Positions 38,530-51,286 of a stretch of DNA of 64,000 bases are shown one piece after another. The translations under genes and the position numbers were made by a program. This stretch comes from Daphnia carinata (lineage: Eukaryota), in NCBI RefSeq assembly GCF_022539665.2, contig NC_081333.1, forward strand, positions 4,774,001-4,838,000, read 5' to 3'. The stretch's first letter is position 1. Each line of letters opens with the position of its first letter. Below the pieces are notes generated by a model, which was given only the letters and a program-made list of their open reading frames with translations, was not told where the DNA came from and did not search any database.

Positions 38530-40769
38530 GATCCTGCAAAGGACTTGTGCTAATGTTCGTAATGATACGCGCATCATTCCAGATAGAGGACTTTACTAGA
38601 ATGATGGGTATTTGATTGTACCCCAAAAATGGGAAAAAAAATTCTCTTTCTTTCTGTTACATTATCTTACCTTCACACAAAGTGTCAGATACATTTTACC
38701 TTGAACCTAGAATGCCTTGAGCCAATTTAAAATAGAACCATGTAATCAAACAAGTATCAATAACTAACCTACCTACCCTTTCCCTTCTACTCAAAAACAA
38801 AAAAAGGAAAAAACGGTTCACAATCAACTTTGAAAATAAAATTGTATTCCGACGAAAGCGGATGGCAAAATACCGCACATAGAAAAAAGGGAAAAGAAAA
38901 CATCAAACAGCGGAACAAAAAGAAAAAAAATTGAAGAAGAAATCAACCGCCCAAGGCACCTTGCGTAGGAGAAGTCTCGCCCGTAAGAAGGTAGTTAAGG
39001 ATATGGGCAACGTTTCGCAGCGCCATGCGATCTTCGAATCCCTCCTGACGATGCTCCTGCATCAACCGTGAGGAATTAGGGGTAGGATGGTAAATGTCCT
39101 AACCCGATTCCAACCAACAGAGGTCCCGGATGAAGCGAATTGAGAACACATCGCGGTAACGAGCACAAAATCAAAATTGAACATCTTCCGAAGCAATTTC
39201 GCCAAGCGCCAAGAGAAAATTGAATTCGATCAACTCTGCAAGTGAACCGAATATATATTTTTCAAAAACCCCAACCTACCTGTCATACTAACCAATTTTA
39301 TACGTTCAGAAATATTAGTGAAATAAGGCCAAGCTCTTCGGTTAAAAGAAAAAGGGCATACAAAAAAATTAAAACATTAAATATTCTATCTATCCCAATG
39401 TAACCTCATCTTTCATGAAAATATCCCTCCATCTAACAACCTATGTGGCAATTTCCTTAAAAGAGGGAGGAACGTAATGAGGCTAATTCATGTGAGGTTT
39501 CAAATGAATGCCGCTAGCTGACAAGAAATGTAATGAGATATGTAGTAAGAAATATAATGAAAAATGTAATGAGACTATTCGCTAAGGTTCATACTAATGC
39601 TGCTAGCTGATAAGGCTAAACGACAAACGTCAGAACTCAATTCCCGAGACCCTTAAACAGATATGACAGTTGCAATTCGAATGTCTAGCCAAAGGCACCT
39701 CAGCATCACGCCACCGTCACGTTATACAACTAGTGAAAGTCACATTCCACGTCATCTTCCACGTTACCTTCCACGTCCACAAGGAGATTCGCAGTACCTG
39801 TAAAAGAGGAGAATCGCAAGAGCCTCGTCAGGGAGTTTACACCAAGACTTACGTGCAGTTGTTGTACCATCATATTACGTGTAGTCATCATGTGTTTGAA
39901 ATACAAGCTGAGTTTATTCAACCATGTGTATTGAATTATTTTAACCACTCTCTGTGACCATTACAGTATAAGCACAAATGGTTTGTTCGAGATCCAACCA
40001 GATCCTTCAAAATCGCCAAAAATTCTTCGAATTTTCTGGCCACGGATGAGCCGTAATCTTTTCTTTTCCGCTGATCCACTCCTGCAGTGCGTCCGTGTTG
40101 TCTGATGATTCTCCGTCCGTGAAGGTGAACTGTGAAGTTTGTGTTAAAAATTAAAACGCGTTGACTTTTCCACTTCACGTTATTCTGAGTACACATACAA
40201 TTGAGGTTAAACGTTGTTTAAAGGGTTAGAAGCAATAAGGCCAAAAGGCAAGTCAGCTAACTACTAGGCACATATATTGCTATGCTGCCAAAAACTAAAT
40301 GAAGCAAATTTTCGGTTGGTAAAATAGAATAACAACGGCATCGTTTCTCTTAATTTTTAACATTTTGAACTCAGTAAGTAGTTAAGGATCAAATTCGTCG
40401 TTGAACACTTCGATGATTTCACTGGAAAATTCTCTACGTGACAGATGGATCCTACTCCGGCAGTCGTTGAGAACCTAGCCCACATGCAGAGAATGCTTGG
40501 TTTTTTAAAATTATATCTGGAATTGTCAAGAAACACGTGTCCGGCATGATGGATCCTAAAGGAAAACAGAAATTGTTAAGAGAGTTTTTACGTTTCAGTG
40601 AAAAATCAAACCCCAAAATTAAAAGACTAACCTGAATGTAAGCGGTGTTGGTAAAAATAATGTTATTCCATTGATATCCAGAACGTTGGGCTGCAGGATC
40701 ACTTGGCTTCGTAGATATTACGTTTGGAAATAAGTTGCCATGAGCACTAGCTGAGGAAGGGGGACGTAT

Positions 40770-41695
40770 GTCGCCTGGTCAAGAGCATCTATAGACCTAA
40801 AAAGGCGTCCAGGGTCTGGAACTTAAAACTTTACGAATTCCTCCTGCTGTTTGGACTCACCAGAAGCACTGCGGATTCATGCACGTACTACAATCAGTAA
40901 CGCCATCGGGAAGAGGACGAAGAATTCACTGTTTTCATCCCGTACGTAGACAGCGGAATCATTCTGAGCAACTTAAATGCAGTCCTCACTAACATGCTCG
41001 AGTTTCTGGGTAAAGGATTCGAAATTCGGCTGTTTCCCCCAGACAGGTTCATCGACATCAATAGTGACCGAGTTCAGCTCACAATCCATCTATCACAGCC
41101 GGACTAAATCAGGAAAAATCCCAAAGAACGAAGAGAAACTTGCAATGGCAAACACACCATTAATAGTTCTACCAGACTGGGCAACCATCTATGCCATCTA
41201 ACCCCACTGGACTTCCCTTCTGGACTCCTTAAAACACATCCTGGCGTACCTGCCTGTCCAAGACTGTCAACTTTGATATCCGACGGTGGCAGTGGCCGAT
41301 TGATCGACTACTGCCACCTCGCCTGTGATCTGGAAACTCGACGATCAAAATCTGGCGCAGTTTTCACTTTATTCCATGGTCCAGTATCTTAGTCATTGTC
41401 GCCGTCAATCATGTGTGGCTCTTTCAACAACGGAAGCTGAATTAATCGCGATTGCCGGAGCAACCAAGGAGCGATCACACTCATCAAAAATCCTGTTTTT
41501 CACCAACGCACCAAAGCAGCATGGAAGTGCGGTTCTCTTTCGTTGACGATCAGGAAAGTAGGAAGAATGACGTCGTCTATATCACTGAGTCACAACTTGC
41601 GGACATCTTTATCGAAACCTTTGATGCTCAAAGATTAACTGGAACAACTTCAAGGAAAAACTGAAACAAGAAGCCTCAGTGAGAACGAGGAGAAT
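40770..41695 (+). mobile_element. Degenerate Ty1/Copia RT-RNaseH remnant
   Basis: KSIYRPKKASRVWN (KSLYGLKQASRVWN-like), YVDSG (YVDD-like), RRSKSGAVF, RRQSCVALSTTEAELIA, NPVFHQRTK, QLADIF. Many frameshifts; purine tract at ~41681-41694. Confidence 0.85.
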
Positions 41696-42978
41696 GTATT
41701 GTCGTTACAACATACGAAGAAAATCCATCGAAGTTTTGGGATTTAGTAATTTTTCTGTGGGTTTTTGTTTACGCAAAATGTGATTAAAGTTTTTTTTTAT
41801 AGACATGTCCCAAAAGATTACATGGCAAGTAAGTAAAAATTCAAATTAAAAAACAAAGATGGAAAGAAAAGGACAGAAATCGGTAGTGTCTTGCCTTCAC
41901 CCTTGGTTGGATACATGTCAAGGTGTTGGAGACATTGTCCTGCGTAAAGGCAACTGACCGAAATCTTTAGCAAAAAGGGCAATAATGGGAGATAGGAAGG
42001 CATAAACAATAATCAATTCAACTAATGGCCAGACAAATGGCCTGCGAACAGCGAATGGTGCATATAATTTAGAAGTGTCCGATGTACCCTCACCCTTCAC
42101 TCAACGCCAACTCTTGTATGTTTCCACGAAACATTCACTGAGCGTGTGAATCATCTATCACTTATCATATGCTATCCGGCACCACATTGTATGTCCCAAT
42201 TTCGTTCAAATTAACCCTCCCCGCGTACGATTGGGTTGTCCTCGACATTATATACATTGAAACACATATACCACATGGCTTATAATAATTTCTTTTTCTT
42301 TTTTGTTTTCGCTAAGGTAAAGATAAAGAGATATACAAATTGTGCAAGAGTCCCCACTTCAATGAAAATAAAGCATGTGATTTCTAGATCAAATCGTTAC
42401 TGTCCGTTGTTTATGAGGGCAATTGTCTGTGCGAAAGGTTTCTGGAAATAAAACTTAGAAATCCCCAACCAATTACTTTGCCTTCTCCTTATTCAATTTT
42501 TCTGATTTTAACCAAGCGAAGTCTACGCGAATGGTCAACAGATGGGTTCAAAAGGGATGGAGTTGATTAGTTATTCCTCAATACTCACATGCGTGACACA
42601 GTGAGGGGGCATCGCAAATCTAAAACGGAACTAGCACACTCGCGCTTGAGGAGAGAGCTCTTGGCACCGTCCACCAGCAAAAACATAATATTACCATAAA
42701 GAATACTAAAATGAAGAGGAAAGATGAAATCAAATAATACAAGACATAATCAAAGGTTGAAAATGTTGTTGGCAAAACATAGCTTTGCGGGTTCAAGAAG
42801 TATAAAGGAATGTTTTCGTTTTGTTTGTTGTTGTTTTGTTTTTGTTTTTTTGTTATTTGTTTGTGTGTGTGTGTGTGTTAAAGGCAGAAAAAAAAACATA
42901 AACACGTCAAACAAATCATTAAAAAAAAACCCTGCAGGGTTGGCTGGGGAGAACTAAAGAAAAGAAATATCACCCTGT

Positions 42979-45477
42979 CTACATACGAACTTCGAATGTT
43001 TTAACGACGGAATTCTGCAAAAAGGGGTTCGTGTTGCTGGGACTACGCGTGGCTAAAGCGGCCCATTCGGCATCGAACGGATCCGACATTGAAGCGCTTG
43101 TTCGATTAGCGACGGTAGGGGAATGATTTGCAGGTGAACTGGCCGGCGAAGTAGAGGAGGAATGAAGCGCTGTGTGGAAAGGACTGCGCGGTGGTATTGC
43201 GGGCAGCTGCGGTGGAGCGGCGGCCGCTGGTTGACTAACCGAGTTAATGGAAGGGGTTTCAGGTGGCGATCCCAATGACTGGGATCGCGAATGTGCTACC
43301 AAGGCAGGCGGACGGCGAGGCGGTAGTGAGCTCGGTCCCTGAGATGTCACGCTCGCCGTTAAGCTGCCCAGCCATTGTTCGCCTCGTGACATTGAATTGT
43401 TCACTGGCACGTCCTTGTTGTTCACTTGAAATCCATTAGTTGGTGGGATCACCTAAGTAAAATGCATGTGTTAATAATTCCAATTTCATCTTTAGACGAG
43501 AAATATTACGTTGGCTTTGTTGTCCGCGAGAAACGGATCGTCCGTAGAGGATAAAAGAGACAGTCCTTGAGACAACTGCTGGCACATAGCGCTGACTGCG
43601 TTGGAACGTTCCACCATGGGCGAAGTTTCCGGAATAGGTGTCACTGTAACAATCAATCCAAAATTCTATGGCATAAGTTCTCAAATTAAGGAGTCATTTA
43701 AGCAAAAAGTCTTCCGACAATCTGCTGTCCCTCTATACATGCAACAGGCCGGGAATGGAAAGCAACAACATAAAAAGGAACGCAAAACGGTGATTCACTC
43801 ACTAGATGAGTCTTGGCTAGGAGATGGCTGCATACGGTGACGACTAACTCGGGGGGGAGGTTGAGGACTTTCTATATGGACAGGGCAATGGTATTAAAGC
43901 ATGCATTAAACAAATAATAGAAGAGAAAAAAACCAACAGACAATGTCACAAACAAGGACAAAAATGCGAGCAGACACTGGGACAGGATGCAGACGAGGAA
44001 TGCAAAAGCTACAGAGAGAGAGACAGAATTGGGCAAAAATAAAATAAGAAAATCTTACCAGGCGTGACGATCAGGTTGGACTTGTAGCTCGGTGCTTCAT
44101 TGCTCAATGAATTTTGTTGACGCTCGACGGTCGAAGGCAAATCTCCGATTCGAAGTGACATCTGTCGTTTGAAAGGTGAACTTTGATTCAACTGCGAAAG
44201 CCCACGAAATGAACCTTGCCGCTCTAGCAGGTGTGGGGCGGCATGAGGGCGTTCGATGGCAAACGGGTTGACAACCGCTTTTGCCGGCGCTGGAGGATCT
44301 AAATTGGCAAAAATTTCTCATATACCAAATCCCATTTTATGTGCACACTAAGGTTATCAAATGTTACCAGCTGGTCTGTATTCTTGTGGGTCTTGAATAC
44401 GCTCTGTTAAGGGCGCAGCTCTAAAACTGCCCGAGCGAGTGAACGTAGAGTTAGACGTGTCAAAATTCATGGTGACACTGCATTCCTTGTCACGCTTTTG
44501 TTTCCTTTCCAGGCAGACGGCAAAAGCGCATCCTACTGCATGACTTAATCGCTCTCCCTAAACAAGGTCAGAAACAGGATTATTAGTTTACGAGAAAAAA
44601 AAAGATAAAAAGAGAAAGAACGCGAAAAACAAAAAAAAACAAAAAACAAAAAAACAGGAAAACAAAACAGGAAGCCATGAATTCATTATCGTTAACAACG
44701 GCCACTTCCAGTATTGAAGCAATCAAGCTTGTCTAGTAGATTGACAGCAATTCATATCACAGTCCTCACCGAGTCCTTGCTGGCCAAGAAACCGTGGCAC
44801 ATCCAACGACGCGTGGTTCCATCACGGCAGATATATGAAAAGCCTTTCTCGTGATTACGATCCGGAGCACAAAACGACACTTTCTCAATCGTCTGGTCGA
44901 CAATCAAGCCCTGCCATCAAGCGCAAAGGGGAGGAAACTTGGTTTTTAGCTAATAATACCGAAAGCAATATGTATTTTGTTTCATACTTTGGTGTCTTCT
45001 TCGACGACTCGTAATCCATCGCCGGAAATGTGTAGCACTCCTTTGACCGGTCGGCGCCTAGAATTCTGTAGGAAAACAAAAAAACGAATGCACTTATTCA
45101 CTTTGGGATTTGACTTGCGATGTACGGATGGACCTTACCCTTAGAACTTTAAGTGCCTCCTCGCACACAGGCATGCCACGTGACTCGTAAACTTCCACGC
45201 ATCCCAGATACTGTAAATGTTCAGCCAAGATTCATACATTAAGAAAATAGCAGACCAGTGAATTAATACAACGCCTCCTTTCACGAACATTTGCAACATA
45301 CAAGTAAGCCGAATCTAACCTTAAAACTTGGTTGGTAGTTACCTTGACGTAAAAGTTGCAGGTTCCAGCTCGAACGGCGGCCTCGTCCGACTGCCATTGG
45401 TGCGGTTTAGAACTCTCGGGTACGTGGTCTTTGCGGCGGCGGAAACTCTCGCGGAAGCTTCTCCGCAATCGCTCCAT
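42979..45477 (-). CDS. numb: Protein Numb (PTB-domain endocytic adaptor); further upstream exons possible
   Basis: [99 protein letters not shown], NumbF region [11 protein letters not shown], and C-terminal DPFDAEW and NPF motifs. Confidence 0.96.
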
Positions 45478-48400
45478 CCTCTTGTGGCGTCCGCTCTCTT
45501 TGGTCTCGCTTTTCTCAGCCTGTTGCAAACAATATACAAGTATTAGGTGCCGACCTTTTGTGTTTAATATGCGTCGGATACGAGTCACTTTGATCAGTTC
45601 AACCCGGACCTAAGGGGGTGAAAAAAACCTCATTTCAGCCAAATACGCCGTTTCACGAGAAAATTAACGTTGCAATATAACGGTATTTTTTTTTTATACA
45701 TCGGCTCAACCCACCGGCTCCTGATGCTTTCGCAATAGCCACAGCATGAATCATATTTTGCTTACGGTACCTCTTCAGAATAATAGTTAAAAAATAAAAA
45801 TAACGAGAAAGAACGGAACACCACCACAAGTATGGGAATTTATCGTTTCTGAAGAAAGAGAAAGAAAATCTATTGCGCCGTCATGACAACAAAAGAATAA
45901 ACGCCAGCTTGAAAACCGAGAAGGGGAATTTGTATCCTAATCCAATGTGCACGTGAAATTCGGGAAGGACCACAGAGGAGGAGTTGTGCTGCTCGAGGAG
46001 AGGGGCGTGACGTCGCTTCACACGTCAGCAAACGCCAGAGGGCAACAGGTCATCGCTTCGCCCCAGGTAAGACGCAACGTGTTACACGCGTCAGACCCAA
46101 CCTAGCCCGCATTCCAACAAATATTTTTTGTTCTTTTCTCTTGTGCTTCTCTACGTTTGCCATCGCTTTATTTTTAGACGTTTCTCTTGGTTTGAGCCGA
46201 ACGACTTGTCATGACCGATAATTAACAAAATTTAGAAAGCCCGATAACCTTGTCGATTTCGTTGGCTGCTGGAGCGATAGGATGTGTTACGGCCGACTCA
46301 AGCGGATCGTGCGGGAGAGCAGAATGGGCGTTGCCCATTTTGTTTTTGTTTTTTTATAATTTTTTTAGCACTGGGGGAAAAATGTTTTTTTTTTCGTGAC
46401 CACCCTATTTCTTAAGGTGACGAAATGTGCATCAACATCCGAGTGATACAAGTTCTTGAATCGTCACACGGTTGTTTTCCATCACGCCGGCACCGGCGAT
46501 TCCCATAATAAAATCGACACAGGATCGGTTGCCATTCCGATACGTAAACGAAAAGTGCTAAATGTTTCCGTCTGTATCTTGTTGTCTTCTGTTTGCACCA
46601 TCAGTTTCTTACGTGTGCGCACTGAAACAGATTAGATCCACTGCAGTGTGTCGAAACTAGTTCACTATGAAAGCTTAGGCAAGCACTCTTACGACACCGA
46701 AAAAATGATGACGAAGAACGTGGCAACAAATAAAATCCGAATGATGGTAGCTACGCAACACGTCCGAAAGAAATCGATGAGAACGACCGTTTGCTGCGTG
46801 CTGCTGGAGGAACAAGCTATAACAACAACCGAACCGCCAGGCGGATCATCAAAATGGCGCCCGTGACGTGAGAAACCCAGGCAAACGACTGCCAAAGACA
46901 GGAATGTAGTCCCGACCAGGTATAGACGCATGCGACCGTGGTTGGCTCCCTCCGTGTTGCCATAGTACATGTAACATGAGGCTTTGGCCTTCATGCTTGT
47001 TCAGCTCGAGGCCATCTTTGAACTCCCTCCTTTTTCTCTGTCTGTTCTTTCTTTTCCTTCTTTCTTCCACTTTTTCTGGCTCTTCTTCCATCAGCAAAAA
47101 AAAAACGTGGTACTAGAATTTCCACTCTTTCAAACCTAGAGGGTTAACTATTCGGGAAGAAGAAAAGAACATAGTAGAAATACAGATAGGGTCGGTGTCT
47201 ATGTTGACGAATTACATACTGCTTGGGTGGACATAAATGAACTACAAGGTAAAAGTTGACTGTACCTGAAGCAAGCACTATGTCATCAAAGGAAGTATAA
47301 ATCAGCTGCTAACGTCACGTAACTTCCACCACTTTTTCTCCTACTCTAGGAGAAAGCTATCTAAATGGTATCACCGAGTGCAGAAGATAATTCATTGTTT
47401 ACCTTTGACGTAGACTTTGGACAAGCGTCGCATAAATAAATGAGCTACTTCGTCTGCACAGCGATGTTTCGATAAAACGTGGGCAGACAGCTATAGGACA
47501 AGAGTTGGGTAACAATCTGGTAATAAGTATTCAGGTACATTCACAAAGTGGACTAAAGCTACAAAGACAACTCGGTGGTTTTGGTTGGCCTAGTGGTTGC
47601 AATGACGCTGGATCACCAACGCTCTGTTAAGAAAACGGCTGACTCTTTCACTCACCGCCAGAAACGAAGAATATATAGAAATCGACGAGAGGAGAAAACT
47701 GTAAACGGCTTCTCGCAAAGAATGTCAACATGTACGCAATACTGGCGTGAGAGACTAGGAGGCCTCCACTGATATAGCTCCGATTCGAATACAAGTCCCT
47801 TATCGATCCGACTCATACACAGGCACTAGACCCTCTCTGTCTCTCTCACACACACTTACACACACCAACTGCTGCCGATAATGAAACTGATTTCTCTTTT
47901 TTTGTGCTTGTTGCTCGCTTTACCAACGTTCGAGGCTTCACCGAAACAAGAAACGGGGGGGGGGGATTAAACGGCCATACACATCGTTTTTCACCGTTAA
48001 GTTTTTGTAAAAATACATAAGCGAGATCCCTGAAAAGATAAACTGCAAAAATGACAAGAAACTCTGAAGTGTACGTTCAAGTAAAGAGTGCCAAAATGCC
48101 GTCGGTTTCAACTGATGATGTCGACACAGCCCTGGCTTGTTGAAGGAGAAACTGAACACAACCGACCACGAAACGGTTGTCGAACAATACAAGACAATCG
48201 GCTAAAGCAGACTTACCCGGTTTCGGATGAAATTGGAAGATCTCAAAACAATATGAATCACAAACGACGAACACCACTCCCACAGATTTTGCAGTAACCG
48301 TAGCACAAACTTTTGCTCCGCATGTATTGTAGAAATATGTTAAGAAACCGTTCTGACTGCTGCTTCCCCCCCGGCTCGCCTAGCTCGCCACACAAAAAAA

Positions 48401-48718
48401 ATCGTTCGGTTTCACCTTGTGGCCATCTGGTGTTCATAATGCGCACACAGTAAAGTAACCTAGTTGTGCCATCTAGGTAATTTTTACTAATATCTCGTGT
48501 AGTTTATACCACCATTTGGTAGTGGCTTTGAGGCTTGTTGTAGCTGCCATACATCAATTTGTTTTCTTCGAAGTTTTTTTCCAACCTCGTTTCAGAAAAT
48601 CATTGCAGAAATTCTACCCGTAAAATTGAGCTCTCTTATTTGATTTTAACCAGAAAAATCAATATTTCGATTGCCACGTTTCTCTATTGAATCACAAGTT
48701 ATTTTGTGTGAATTCAAC

Positions 48719-51286
48719 ATGGATCATCACATGCCACCCGGCTACGGCCAGGAAAATTACATGTATGGAGATCCTTCTATGTCCTACCAAGGTAATCCAG
48801 TCGGTATGTATGGGTCGGGGGCAAGGCCTATGTCACCACCTCCTGGAGATGAAGATATTTCTGCCCACGAACATTTACCAACAGCACTTGAAGAAGTTCT
48901 TGCGTACAAGGAATTGCGAGTGAGAGAAACAGGACACTCTGGAGAAGTTGATAACATTAGTAAGTTCGTAGTAATTATGTGGTTTTATTATAGTTAATAA
49001 ACATCATTTATTCTATTTTTAGTCACTGAAGTACCTGCTGAAACTGTTGTAGAGGTTGATCAAAATCTAGATGAAAAGAAAGATGACTTGGGTGGTGAAG
49101 AAAATGTTGAGGAAAAAACCAAAACTCAGAGAAATCAAAAAAAGAAGAAGAAGAAGAAGCGCACCAAGAGACATCAACAGAAAGAAGAAGAAGAAAATGA
49201 ACAGAATGACGATGCCGACGAATATCCGCAAGTCGACATTGAGTACGTCCAGGAAGAGATCGTGTACGACGACAAAAATCCATTCTATCGGCAATTTGCT
49301 AAGATATTTGACGCTTTCAAAATTATTGATGAAAAGACTGCAAAGAAAGCTGAAGAAGAAGAAGCCAAGAAAAGAGAACTACAGCGGAATTTGGAACTTA
49401 AGAAAGTCCCCAAGTTTGCTGAAGAAGAAGACTTGGAGGAGAAGAAGGAAAACGCTGACGACGACAAACCAAAAGTTTCGAAAAGAAAACTCAAACAACT
49501 TACTCGGCTTAGTGTGGCCGATTTGAAACAGTGTGTTGCAAGACCCGACGTAGTAGAAATGCACGACGTCACCGCTAGAGATCCTAAGCTGCTTGTCCTT
49601 TTAAAAGCCACAAGGAACTCTGTTCCAGTTCCCAGACATTGGTGTGCAAAACGCAAATATTTACAGGTTTGTTTTGCAAAAACGAAAGTTGTTTATCTTT
49701 TTGAATGGATTGTCAAACTGTTTAACTTTTATAAACGTAGGGTAAACGTGGTATAGAGAAGCCCCCGTTCAATTTACCCGATTTTATCAAGAAAACTGGC
49801 ATCATGGAAATGCGAGCGGCCTTACAGGAAAAGGAAGAGTCAAAAACGCTTAAAGCCAAAATGCGAGAGCGAGTTCGTCCAAAGATGGGGCGTGTTGATA
49901 TTGACTATCAAAAACTGCACGACGCTTTCTTCAAATGGCAAACCAAACCTAAAATGACGATTATGGGCGATTTGTACTATGAAGGGAAGGAGTTTGAGAC
50001 CCGAATGAAGGACAAAAAACCAGGAGAGTTGTCTGATGACCTGAGAACCGCTCTTGGCATGCCTGTTGGTCCGAGTTCAAATAAGTAAAAATCTATATAA
50101 AATCATTCGTCGGTTCCCTGATGAAAGGTTCATTCTCTATTTTTTTTTTCCCCACAGAATTCCTCCTCCTTGGTTGATCGCAATGCAGCGATATGGGCCA
50201 CCTCCATCTTACCCGAATTTGAAGATTCCGGGACTGAACGCCCCTATTCCTGATGGCTCTTCCTTTGGTTATCATGCTGGAGGCTGGGGAAAACCTCCAG
50301 TGGACGAATTTGGGCGACCACTTTACGGTGACGTTTTTGGATTGACTGGAAATGCAGGAGACGTAAGTAGTACTCAGCTGCCAATCAGAAACACTTTTTG
50401 CTTGACAGTCATATTTCGTTTGGAGTTCAACTAATTTTTTTGTTTTTATTGACCGATCTTCTCTTGCCAGACGATCCTACTCGACGAAGAAGTCGACCAC
50501 ACGCTATGGGGTGAACTGGAATCGGAAGAAGAGGAAGAGGAAGTCGAAGAAAGCGAGGAAGAAGAAGGCGAAGAACAGGAAGGTGCCATTGATCAGTCGG
50601 GCTTAGTTACTCCTGCAGAAGGACTTGCAACTCCTTCTGGATTCTCATCTGTTCCTGCCGGTCTTGAGACACCAGACATGATTGAGCTAAGAAAGAAGAA
50701 GATTGAAGCAGAAATGGAAAGGTACGTACTTTAGGGTAGTTATTCGCCGCCTATGTTTATAGTATACATTACCTTTCTTTTCATACCAATCGATTAGTAA
50801 CGAAACGCCTCAGTTATATACCGTACTACCAGAAAAGCGGACAGATAGAATCGGTCAAGCGATGATGGGATCCACCCACGTGTATGATATTGCGGCTGCC
50901 ACCAATACGCAAAAGAGTAAGACCCGTTCTTGTCATGTTGGTGTTTCCAGTTTCATTTCCTTTTTCGTTGAACATGTATGGCCGCTATAGGTAGTGGCGG
51001 AGTGGAACTTAGTTTGGATCCGTCAGAACTGGAAGGCTTGGACTCTGAATCTATGGCCGCACGCTATGAGCAAACACTGCGCGAGCAACAAGGAAACTTG
51101 GCTAAAGAAGATTTCAGCGACATGGTTGCTGAACATGCTGCAAAACAGAAGGTAATTGGTCGTCGTAGCTTTTAATGGTAACTTCGACATTTATTGTTTT
51201 ATCCGTTACAACAGAGCAAAAGGAAGAGACAGCAACAGCAAACCGACACAAAACAAGCCAAAAAGTACAAGGAGTTCAAATTTTAA
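48719..51286 (+). CDS. SF3B2: Splicing factor 3B subunit 2 (SAP145)
   Basis: RPDVVEMHDVTARDPKLLVLLKATRNSVPVPRHWCAKRKYLQ/GKRGIEKPPF, RVRPKMGRVDIDYQKLHDAFFKWQTKP, PPPWLIAMQRYGPPPSYPNLKIPGLNAPIP, EDFSDMVAEHAAKQK, terminal KKYKEFKF*. Confidence 0.97.

Larger units (their letters stand above)
34350..39965 (+). mobile_element. Internally deleted Gypsy/Ty3-like LTR retrotransposon
   Basis: LTRs at 34350-34801 and 39473-39965 with TGTAATG...CATTACA termini (the 3' LTR starts CGTAATG). 4-bp TSD GTAT. TGG-starting PBS-like sequence right after the 5' LTR and PPT AAAAGAGGGAGGAA at 39459-39472. Gag and protease remnants present; no RT/RNaseH/IN motifs seen. Confidence 0.92.

Noticed and set aside
46689..47097. 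Independent small genes upstream of numb
   Set aside because: No recognisable domain; more likely an alternative 5' exon or UTR of numb, which cannot be resolved without transcripts.
49071..49526. Lys/Arg-rich 151-aa ORF
   Set aside because: Alternative frame of the Glu/Lys-rich SF3B2 exon.
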